Source: Rhizodiscina lignyota (Eukaryota). From it: 64,000 bases of DNA. Every line of letters starts with the position of its first letter. Within the stretch, counting starts at the first letter, position 1. The notes beneath the pieces were generated by a model, which saw only the letters and a list, made by a program, of their open reading frames with translations, ran no database searches and had not been told where the DNA came from. The translations under genes and the position numbers were made by a program. This document shows positions 23,943 to 36,161 of this stretch, piece after piece. The DNA lies in assembly GCA_010015805.1 (NCBI GenBank), contig ML978122.1, positions 1,460,453-1,524,452 of the forward strand, given 5' to 3'.

Positions 23943-26847
23943 ATGTCGACTCAATTTCCTCACCATCCCCCGGATATCCACTCCCAATTATCTCAAGACC
24001 TTGGCCGGTCTGGGTCGTTCAAGAAGCCCGAGATGCCAACCTCAGCTTGCATGAGCTGCAACCGCCGCAAGCTGAAATGCGACAGAGAAGCGAGCGGATG
24101 CAGCAATTGTGTGAAATCGGACGTGGTAAGAATTGCCATACGCACCTATCTTAGTAACACGCTAACATTTATGTAGACATGTTGTTCTCCCGCTTCGAAT
24201 TGCCAAGTTGTTCTCATGCTAACAGCTTCGCTAGGCATCTATCCCCCGCAGAAACGAGCAGCTAGGCGTAAACGGGGCCCGTACAACAAGGAGAAGACGA
24301 GGAGGGAGAGGGAGCTTGAAGCGTCTCTGAAGTCGTTGGGTCTCAAGTCTCTCGAACTCACCGATTCTTTTGGAAGTCAAAGTATCAGCATTCCAGGTAG
24401 CTTTGATGGGATCCCGACAACTGGAGCTGTTGGCGCTCCATTCGGTGCGGACCCTGCGGGCGCCATTGCACAGTGGGCAAATGCGATACACGGAATCAAC
24501 AGCCACTCGACAACCCCAAACAGGAGCCCGGAGAAGAAGCATGTCATGCATAATATGCAACAATGGCCTGTTCTACCGCCAATTGCAACAGACCATGCCA
24601 TACCGATGCAACACAGCGCTTCATATGGACCTCCAATGGCGTACTCCCACTCTCCAGAACAGACGCACAGCAGTCTTCTTCTTGAGAATCAGCATGATCT
24701 TATCTTCGGCTCTCCAACGTCGACGACTCCCTCGCTGTACCCTTTGCATCCACCTTCGAGCCAAATACTGGAGTATTGGCAAATATTCACGGTCAACAGT
24801 ACGTCAATCCACCTCTACACTCAGTGTAACGAAGCTAACAAGCCTAATAGTTGATCCTGTAACGAAAGTGCTTCATGTGAGTAGTGTTCCGCATGCTTTT
24901 CGACGTTCTCTGCTCAATGGCCTATCGATGGAAGTCATCGTCATTCCTCCCCAATCCTCTTTCTACGAGTCTCGAACCACGTCCATGAGAATGTTGCATC
25001 ATCAAATATCTGTTCATCGCGACTTTCGAACTTGTAATCTCAGGTCTTGATTCTCCACTGCTTCTACGGTCTTCGCCTTTGGAGTTTTCGCTCCCGGAAG
25101 TCTCACCTTGCTGATTAATCTCCAACGCTACAGGTACCTTCATTTGGGAGTCATATCATGGAAGCGAAGCTCAATCTTCAAGCGCTTGATGTCGGCCTTG
25201 AGGCTCTCATGTTCGCTGTTTATTTTGCAGCGGTCACCAGCCTAACTCCAAGCGAGTGCCAGATGCGCTTCGGAGAAGGCAAGGAAACACTGTTAGCTCG
25301 GTACAAAGTTGCCGTGGAAAAGGCCTTGGGAAAATCCAACTTGCTCACGTCACAAAATATCATGACATTGCAGGCACTTACACTGTACTTGGTAAGGTTA
25401 CGATATGGCCTCAAAGAGCTGCAGACGTGCTAACCCGAGTAAAGTCATGCCTCCGCGTCACCGATACCAGCAGGATGACATACACTCTGACTGGCCTCGC
25501 CATACGTCTTGCCAGATCCATGGATTTGCATTTAGACGATCCGCGTCTCAATCTTTCTCCGTTCGAAAACGAGATGCGAAAACGACTGTGGTGGACCATT
25601 TGCTCATTAGAGTGTCGTTCTGCCGAGGAGTACGGCTTTCATCCGTCTCTCGGCGGGCAGACATTCGATTGTTCACTCCCACTCAATGTCAACGACGAGG
25701 ACCTTGACCCGGACTCTACTGAGCCCCCTGAGTCCCGGCCCGGATGCACCAGCATGACATGGGCTCTCGTCAGATTCGAGCTGGCAAAGATTATCTTCCG
25801 CGTTTGGAACTTATCGTCGAAGCAAGACAAAGACAAAAGTCTAAACCCTCGAGACCTCGAACTGGAAAAGGAGCGGATCCTTGACGACGGCCAACGCCAT
25901 CTTGAGACGCAGTATCTGAAATATTGCCGCAGCTCCCGCCCTTTTGACTGGATGACGGCCACTTTTACCCGGCTGATGATTGTAAGTTACCGCCCCAACT
26001 ACCCCTCGCAAGTCACCCCACGGCGACCCACATGACAATTCGCCACCCATGTCAAACTTTGCTAATACTGTCGCAGACGAAATTGAGACTAATACTACAT
26101 CATCCGTTCAACCCCGATGCCGTTCATCCCTTACCCAAGGAACTGAGGGAGAAATGTTTCCATACGTCGATCGAAATCCTTGAACAGTCTTCTCTTTTGA
26201 GAAACGAGCCTCGCATCAAGCGATGGATCTGGATTTTCCTCAATCACCATCAATGGCAGGCTCTCTCGTACATTCTATCCGAACTATGCCACCGCACCGG
26301 AAGCGAGCTCGTTGACCGAGCATGGCGGATCGTAGACGAGACAGTCGCCAACTGGGACGACAGATACGACAGAGTCCGACAGAGCGTCATGTGGGAACCA
26401 ATGAATAGGCTATTGATCAAAGCCCGTCAGGTCCGCGAGCATGACCTCATCTCCAGGCAAAACTCCTACGCCAGCTCTAGCAGCGACCATAACCAGCATA
26501 CCAGTCCCAATTTTATAGATCCCTGGGCTTCGAACAATACGTTCCAGCAGACAGAGCCCTTGACCATTGCGCCGTCAGCCGTCACCACCCAAGGAGGACC
26601 TCAATTCGGGAGCTTTGAAGAGCCATGGTTCGGAAATGCTTCAGTCACGTCTGCGGACCTCATGCTACCAAATATGCCTACTTTGTGTCCAGATCCGGTC
26701 GAGTCCGGCTTCTCGACGCCTCTGCAGCCGAGCACGTCCGCTCCAACAAGGACGAATTCGGATCTGCAGTCTCTCGTTGAGGGATTCGAAAGTCTTCGGC
26801 CCGACGAGTTTGCAGCGCTTTTCGAGAATTATCCGATGACTTATTGA
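23943..26847 (+). CDS. Zn(II)2Cys6 transcription factor, candidate regulator of the adjacent NRPS-like cluster
   Basis: SACMSCNRRKLKCDREASGCSNCVKSDV-T-CIYPP (last Cys completed via a 4-nt microexon), NIDPVTKVLHVPS, GLAIRLARSMDLH, EMRKRLWWTIC, LPLNVNDEDL. Confidence 0.9.
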
Positions 26848-27372
26848 TGAAGTTATGATTGTCTCTTTTCGGAAGGGGCTTTGCCTCTATCCCGCTTTTC
26901 AGCGACCTTCGCAGTACACATCATCTGGGAGAATATGAACTTCTTTGCGGCGTTTTGGTGGAGAAACACCAAGGCGAGAACAGGATGGGAGGTCTTCTGA
27001 GGCGATTTTTTATTCATTTTGCTCCCGGCGTTTGTCGGCGTCCTAATGGCAAATATGCCTTTTATACCATACAAGAACGGTAAGGGTGGACGGTTGCAGC
27101 ATGAAACATTTCGCATCGCGTGGAGGGAGGAAATTGAGTGGACGAAACTCGGACCTACGGAGTAGTCGTAACTCCGAGGTCACATGACGTGATTGCAAAC
27201 GGGAATTAAGTGTAGCACTTTAACTTTGAAAGTCAGCTGCAAAAATGGACATACATGAGCTGACGCTCTAAATATCGAGATCGAGATCAAATTTACCCTA
27301 TGACTCGACTATTGCTCTATTTATGCACATTAGATGTCATTGGCTTAGCAGTGAAGCAGTCGAAGGGTATAT

Positions 27373-28799
27373 TTACTGCCCCAGTTCCGCGGCCTGGCCC
27401 TGCCGGCCCAAGGCCCCTTCGCCCCCCTCGCAACATGTTTCCTTACACTTGCCTCCCCTGAACCGTACACTGAGAAGTCTCTTCTCACATTTCTCGTTAA
27501 TGGTCATCTCTTTGACTGCATTCAAAGCAAGCTGTGACTGGTCGATTGGAGGAAGTAAAGAGCGTGCAGAAAGCCTCGCTTGCTGGGCCAAGATGGCATC
27601 CATGAGGACAATGGCCGCCATCGACTCTACAATAGGGACTGCTCTGGGAACGACGCATGGATCGTGCCTTCCTTGGACTTCAAGAACGCCCGGCTCCATG
27701 TCGAAGGATGTTGTGTTTTGTGTCTTTCCGATCGTTGCTGGAGGTTTGAATCCGACTCGGAAGTAGATGGGAGCGCCATTAGAGATCCCTCCTTGGACGC
27801 CACCGGAATTATTTGTCTTGGTAGTAAGGCGAGGACTTGAAAATATGCTGCTTGGGTTTCTGGAAGCTGGCGACGATGCACCAGATGGTATGAACGCATC
27901 GTTGTGGATCGATCCTGGGAATTCAGTGCCATCAAAGCCGGAACCAATCTCAAAGCCTTTCGACGCGGGAATGCTCATCATCGCAAACGACAGCATAGCT
28001 TCTAGTTTATGGAAAGCTGGCTCTCCCAACCCGGTTGGTGCATTTCGAATTACACAGGTTACACTGCCGCCGATGCTGTCTTTCCTGTCACGGTATGTCG
28101 AGATCACCTGGCCCATTCTGGAAGCGCCAAGGGGGTGTGGGCATCGTACGGGTGCATAAGAATCGACCTGTTCCCGGGTGACAGTCTTCAGGAGATGCTC
28201 GAATTCCGAGTGAGGCTCCAGAATGAGCTGGTCTACGGTTCTAGGAAACAGCTTTTCAGATCCGACCGATGAGACGAAGGCTACGATCTCGATCCCGTGC
28301 GCCTGGTATAAGTACTTTTCTGCAATGGCGCCCGCAGCTACCCGACCTTTCAGTCCCATAAAGTCAGCTGTCCGTTTAGGTTCTGTTTCGATATCTACGT
28401 ACCGATGGTCTCACGAGCACTGCTCCTACCACCTCCCGAAGATGCTTTGATGCCGTATTTCTCCAAATATGTCCAATCCGCGTGACTTGGACGAGGGTAT
28501 TGATCGATTTTCGACCTCTTATAGTCCTGCGGCCGTGTGTCTTCATTTCGGACCATTAGAGCAATGGGAGTGCCAAGGGTGACTCCGTTCTCGATGCCGG
28601 ATTGGATTTCGATTCTGTCTTTTTCGTTCCTAGGAGAGTTCAGGACGCTCTGACCGGGTCTCCTCCTGTTCAGCTGGCGATGGATGTCTTGCGAATCGAG
28701 CTGCATTCCTGGCGGCACATTCTCGACGATGCAACCTACGGAGCGACAGTGCGACTCTCCGTACGTCGTAACGCGAAAATGCTCTCCAAAACTCGACAT
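27373..28799 (-). CDS. aro2: Chorismate synthase (ARO2/aroC family), 2 exons; probably a cluster paralog
   Basis: [103 protein letters not shown]. Confidence 0.96.
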
Positions 28800-29210
28800 G
28801 ACGAAATCTCAGTGGCGAGGATTTAGAAGAAAGAAGCTTCAAAAGGGAATAAGGGTCTAACGGTGCACCCCAGATTATGTATATCAAGCTAACTCGAGCC
28901 AGAATGCCATCATCGTTTGCATCACCAGATCCATTTCTCTTGCATTCTCGATCGATTATCGATCGAGATTCAAGAATGGACCGAAGGCCTTGGCCTTTTC
29001 GGCGGTGGACCATTATGACGCTGGTTCAGACAATTTCAGGGTCGCGCAAGCTCTACAGTCCCACTGGAAGCGCGTCATAGCCCTCACGACAGGCTTTGCC
29101 ACCTCTTATACTCTCTAGCTCGAGGCAGTCTAGGCCAGTCTTTGTCTCTACATTGGCCTCCTCTGTGGAGTTGAGGCTGACGATGTTGAAATCCCCGAAT
29201 ATTTTTGCCT

Positions 29211-29222
29211 TTTCGGCCCCGA
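29211..29222 (+). promoter_or_regulatory. TTTCGG-CC-CCGA candidate Zn2Cys6 site in the chorismate synthase / prephenate dehydratase divergent promoter
   Basis: Inverted CGG triplets with a 2-bp spacer; the same pattern occurs three times in the DAHP synthase / NRPS-like promoter. Confidence 0.5.
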
Positions 29223-29431
29223 CAGGGGTGACATATGATGCGCAGACCCTGAGAGGTTTCGCCATGTGCGTTACGAAAGAGGAAAGTCCTTTCACGAATA
29301 TCCTCTTCTCAAACAGTTAAATATTCAGACCCTGGAGACCCTTTGGAAGTCATTGCCCCAAGACTTGAATATTAGACGTTCAAAAAGCCTCCTAACATAA
29401 ACACAAACACACACACAAACACACACACAAA

Positions 29432-30611
29432 ATGAACTGCGAAGAACCGATTGTTGCATACCTTGGCCCAAAGTCTAGCTGGACTTCCCAGGTTCGTTTT
29501 CATGCATGACGCTTATTCAATCCTTTACTTGCTTTTCTGCAACAGTACTAATGCTCTTCAACCAGGCTGCAGAGAAATGCTTTCCCGGTTCGGAATATCG
29601 TCTGACACCTAAAGAAACCATCCAAGGCAGGTCCACGCTGACGGTAAATGAGACTGATACTAATCCGCTTCATCACAGACGTCGTAGAGGCAGTCCAGAG
29701 CGGCAAAGTCGACCGAGGCGTAAGTACCCCGTATACTCGCAGCTTGGCAACATACTTACAATGTGAGACAGGTCATACCTTTCGAAAATAGCTCGAACGG
29801 AACCGTTATCACAACGCTAGATACCCTTTCCACGTCACACTTGGAGTGTTCGGACCTCACGATAGCTGGCGAGACGACGCTCAAGATATCGCATTGCTTG
29901 CTTGTGCGGTCAATAGAGCATGGTCAAATCACACCTCCCGACTCCCCTGCTGGTGCAGGTACCCCCGCAGACCATACAGATCAAGGCTCGCGAAGCCTGG
30001 ACGGCTCCGCATTCGCAGAATTAAAGCGGATCAAGCACGTATACTCGCATCCACAAGCGCTGGGCCAATGTCGGGAGTTCTTAGCGGCGAACTTGCCGTG
30101 GGCGGAGCTGCACCAGACCTCCTCGACTGCCGAAGCCGCAATTATCGCATCAAAGGACCATACCAACTCCTCGGCCGCCGTCGGCAGCGTGTTGGCGGCG
30201 AGGCAAATCGGCCTGCGCGTGCTGCTTGAGGGTGTGCAGGACGTGCGCGAAAACTCAACACGGTTCCTCGTGCTCAAGCGCGACCCTGCTGATGCGCCAC
30301 CGTGGCATTCTTCGAGAACCCATCCGGAAGGCGAGCAACGCAAGCTGCTCGTGTCGTTCGCAATCGACCAGCGGGCGCAGGGCAAATTGGCCCATGCGCT
30401 AAGCACGTTTAATAAACCCAGCATCCAGCTCACGAACATCCATTCACGCCCGAGCCGCAAATCGCCGTTCCACTACGTGTACTTTGTGGAGATCCAGTGG
30501 CGTGCTGAGAAGGATGGCGGACAGCAGCTTCAGGACGCGCTGCGAGACTTAGGCAAAATCTCACAAAGTCGCCGCTGTCATGGCACTTGGGGGCCGACTT
30601 TAGAGTGGTGA
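29432..30611 (+). CDS. pha2: Prephenate dehydratase (PHA2/pheA family), 4 exons
   Basis: VAYLGPKSSWT, VIPFENSSNGTV, VYSHPQALGQC, SSTAEAA, ENSTRFLVL (TRF catalytic motif), ACT domain with GKLAHAL and IHSRP. Confidence 0.93.
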
Positions 30612-33600
30612 TTAGATGCAACTGGGTGTGGGATGGGATTCCCACGGTGCAAGTTTGATGGCTAGGCGGCACCGCACCGCGTGGGATGTTCGCTTCTTGT
30701 TTGGCATGTATGTACAGTACTTTGGGATAGGGTTTGCGTTGGCGTTGGATGCGGAAATTGATCTACCAAAAAGTTTAGTATGGCAATGTACAATATCCGT
30801 GATATTTCCTGCAATGATCTGATTGTGGCTACCCTGTCTCGTGGATCGCGGTTCGGGGGTTCTGCCTCCGCTGACCGTCGTTGTGGGATGACCCTCAATG
30901 GGAGCTATTTGTGGGTGTGGAAATGCATGTGTCGCTCCACTGATCCTCGCGAGTTGGCAAAGCAAAGATAATTGTTTCGCGACCAACAGCACGAACTAGG
31001 CTTAATGGCGTTCAGTGTGCTCTGGCGTGATTCTAGCCACCCCTGCGAGATGCAGCAATCAGTCGAGATGCACTGTTCCAGGCACTTGGAGGATTTGATG
31101 AGAAGGGGTATGCAGTACGCCATCCTTTGTAAGTCGCCTTACCTACCACGCCCAGCCAGGAGTAAGAGCAGCAATCTCGAGTCTTGGACTTCTCCATACG
31201 AAGTGGTGGACCATGTGCTCTAGACTCAGTCTTACAAGACCAAACCCCACGTCATACTCGCGAGCTTCCACCGTCCTGGGCACGCGTTCAGGGTGGAGGC
31301 GCTCGCACTTGCGGGGACGTCCCTGGATGGCGGAATGGCAGCTACAGCTGCGGAAACGAGTTTCTAACGACACCCAGGCTTCGACATGCACCTTGTGGGT
31401 ATTCAGTGGGGTAGCGCCACTCTCGGGAGCCAACGTTTTGCCCAGCACCCTGTTGCCTGCGCAGATCAACGTCCTGGCGGCATCCTCTCCACCCAGTCAG
31501 CCAGGAGCCGCAATCAGCTTGCCGGTAGACTAAAAGAGTCCCTTGAATTGCACCCTCGTTCGCACGTCCATGCAAGCCGTGCCGAAATGCCTGTTGCGAA
31601 AACTCCGTAAAGCCTCGATTCGGAAATTAACTGCCAATCACCAACACTCGTTAAGGAGCAACTCCTCCGTTCCTTATACAACGTTCGGGCCCGGAAGCTG
31701 CTCCGGGATTCGTTCGTTTGCTAACCGCCCATGGCATTTCGAACCCGAACCACCTTCGAGCCTCATGCCCATTCTCCATAGTCTTGCACTAGGTACTGCA
31801 GCGTGCAGCCTGCTCCGCGAGGAATCAGTTAGCCACCATCTCAGTCCGTTCCTCAACCAGTCCAGTCGAGACCGCAACATCCTCTCCACAACTTTGAGAG
31901 ATGCATACGCGTGTTCAGACGGAGTACTTGCACTCGTTTTGCTCGCGTGGGGAGCGTTCGAGGTCGGCTATTCGCAACAGCCTTTGCACTCACGGGTACC
32001 AATTGCCCATTCACCCCTGTGCCCTCATCCGGCCCTAGGAACTGTGAATCTGTATCTTCCTAGTCAGCTTACTGAGCTTGCGTGAGGGTAGATACCAATT
32101 GCCCATTTTTACGCGGATGCCGGTGCACGTTTATCGCATCCAGAATGATATGGCTTTCGATTGTGCCATCTCCGACTCTCGTAAAATTAAAGACCCTGAA
32201 TATTCCTTCCGTCAGATTCAGTATGCCCATGTCAGGGTGAGATTCACGATTCGGATCTTGTTCTACCGTAAATAGAATAAGCAACGCCCAAGTCGCTCTT
32301 ATCTCTACCGGGCTTGTGTCGAAAGCAGACGAGGCCAGCGATCTTCTTAAAGGGTCCTTTCTGTATGCGGTAGCGGATGGCATTGACTACTTCAAGCGAA
32401 CCCTGAAGGATGCCAAAGCATTTCGCAGGCCATTTGCAGGATGACGACATATTTCTGAGAGACGTCAATCTGACCATTAAGGTAACGAGAGCGTCGCTGA
32501 CTTGTGATAAGTTTACATGATTCCACATTGAGCGCATCAATAGTCTTCACCATTATCTGGAATTGAGGTACACATTTCGTCCCGGAATGCACAATTGACC
32601 GCAGCAGGCGCTTCGAGTAGCATTCGCATCTGCCGTATGCTGTAACATCAGCCATTCGGCATCCGAAACGCTTGAGTAAGGATCCACAACGGCAAATGCT
32701 CGCTTGAGTCAGGAAGTTCGTAATCACTATCGTGAAGTGGTGCGGTTCAGCCCCAAAGCTCGCAACCGGTACTGTCAAAGGACGGAATCATCTAGTTTGT
32801 TCCGTAATCTCTCCGGATACATGCTGGCCAACATCGTATCGAATTAGCTTCCACGTCTTCTCGTGTGCTGAGGAGATCATGACTGCAGAATCGCGTTCCA
32901 CAGCATGCAAGACATTTTGCGTTCGCCTTGCTTTTTGCATGCCCATAAGCAGCTATTATCGCGGCATGGTCCGAAGCAAGTATACTAGGCGACCGGAGTG
33001 ATTTAAACACCGCGGAATCGCGGGATTTGCTCACACGATACTACCGGAGCTGTTAATTAATTAATAGAAGAGTTGAGCGTAACTGACGCGTAGCGAAAGG
33101 CGTCGACTCTCCAGACGTCCAGGATAAGTAACCCTAATGGCCGAAGCGGCCGCTGAGAAGCGCAAGCCGTATAGGCAAGGAGGTTAGGTGGAAAGAAAAT
33201 GGAATCTGGACCAAATGAGAGACGTTAATTAGGGGAGGAATTCTACTCCGGAACGTTTACTAAACTTTTGAAGATGCATTTGCTTAAAATGTCGAAATTA
33301 TGTAGATACTTTCGGAATAATCACGTGATATAAATTTGGCAAGAGCTGAGCTCTCGGCTGAGATTGAGGGAATTTGGATGATTGAGGGTAATAATGGTAT
33401 TAACGTGCAACCGAGCTTATCCTTGAAGCACTTTCAGAAAGACCCACGAAATGAAGGGTGTTTTCCAGTTGTCCGTGCCATTGCCTTGGCGTTATAAATT
33501 AGTCCGAGACGAGCCGAGCTGGCAGGCCCTGCAGTGCCGCAGCCGCAGTTTGTCGGCCAACAAACTTCGCCTCCTCCGGAAACGCTCGCCCTCCCATTTC

Positions 33601-33922
33601 ACCAACTCATCCACTTCTCTTGCGTTGTGGCTGTTCACTCTCACTTCTATCTGTGTCATGTTTCTTTTCATGTAGCAGCATAAGGATCACTTGTCTTATA
33701 TCGTCTATGACGAGTCGTTCTCGACCCATGCGTAAATGACAGACGAGATTTGGCCATGGGAACGCGTTGAAGAAAGTGCCCTAATCCCAGTGCTCGTTCT
33801 CCTTTGAATGCTGTCTACAATCTATTTCCGCCAGTATCATACAAATGCGACTCCCCAACACCTCAAGGCTAGCGATATGCGAGATCTGACAATTGGAAGT
33901 GAAGGGTGAATGAGGACTAATT

Positions 33923-35251
<1,329 letters not shown>

Positions 35252-35500
35252 CTTGAGTGAAAGGGATGTTGATGATATCTCTGGTATGTCGGGTTTTTAT
35301 CAAATCTTTGGCGTCACGTTCTCAAATGATCCTGAAGTCTGCCTCTCGACGTTTTGGGCTTCTCGAAGGATCCGCTGCTTTTCATATTGGTGATTTTCCC
35401 TTCGGGACTTACAGGCCAGCTCAAGAGCCGCTAAATTTGCCCGAGCACTATACTGAGACAGTATCTCGGCGAGGTATCGTGTTGTTCTCCGACCCGTGAC

Positions 35501-35933
35501 TTTCGGGGCCGTGTGGGTGTGGTTAGGTATGCCGAGCCAGGGTCCCTCACAACGACCATCGCAACCTTTCGCAGAGACTATGAACCAATCTTCGCGTGTC
35601 CTGGTCTCAAATTACAAGACGCGGATGACTGTAGTACAAATTCGAATTGCGTCCTGGTAGTTTACTAAAGGCTTCGAGCAGTCACATTTTTACTCGAATA
35701 TTTCGACGCCTCGCAACTCATAATTACTATCAGTGCGCAATCACCATCGGCACCGAATGTTTACTTTTCAGTGGCTGATGATACTTTTATGGACTCACTT
35801 GCCTCACAGTTCGGCTTGCATTCGGCGGCAAAGCCAGCTGTGCTTGCGAGCTCCCCAGACCAATGACGAAATCTACACTATCAATGCCAAATTGTAAGAC
35901 GAACCAACGCGCGACTGTGCCTTTCGGGACCGA
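35501..35933. promoter_or_regulatory. Three TCGG-N2-CCG sites in the DAHP synthase / NRPS-like divergent promoter
   Basis: TTTCGGGGCCGT (35501), TCGGCACCGAAT (35747), TTTCGGGACCGA (35922). Confidence 0.5.
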
Positions 35934-36161
35934 CCATGCGGATGTCGTGGTGTTCTCCATTCTCAACAGCAGGAGATCTCGATGATGTAGCACTAAGCCA
36001 AGATGCAGGATGTGAGTATACATATTGCCGAGTACTCAGGGCATCATAGATTCTTCGGATCAGTCAACGCATCTTTATATCCCTCGAAATCTCGATTCTA
36101 CACAAAAAAGGCCCTTTTACTATACTGACTCAGGGCACGGTACTATCACAGTTCATCTGCA

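Noticed and set aside
29396..29431. CA-rich microsatellite immediately before the prephenate dehydratase ATG
   Set aside because: Simple A/C-rich leaders are common in fungal 5' UTRs; no evidence of a specific role.
30436..30450. IHSRP in place of the ESRP regulatory motif in the prephenate dehydratase as a sign of feedback resistance
   Set aside because: Fungal Pha2 proteins already deviate at this position, so no conclusion is possible without an alignment.
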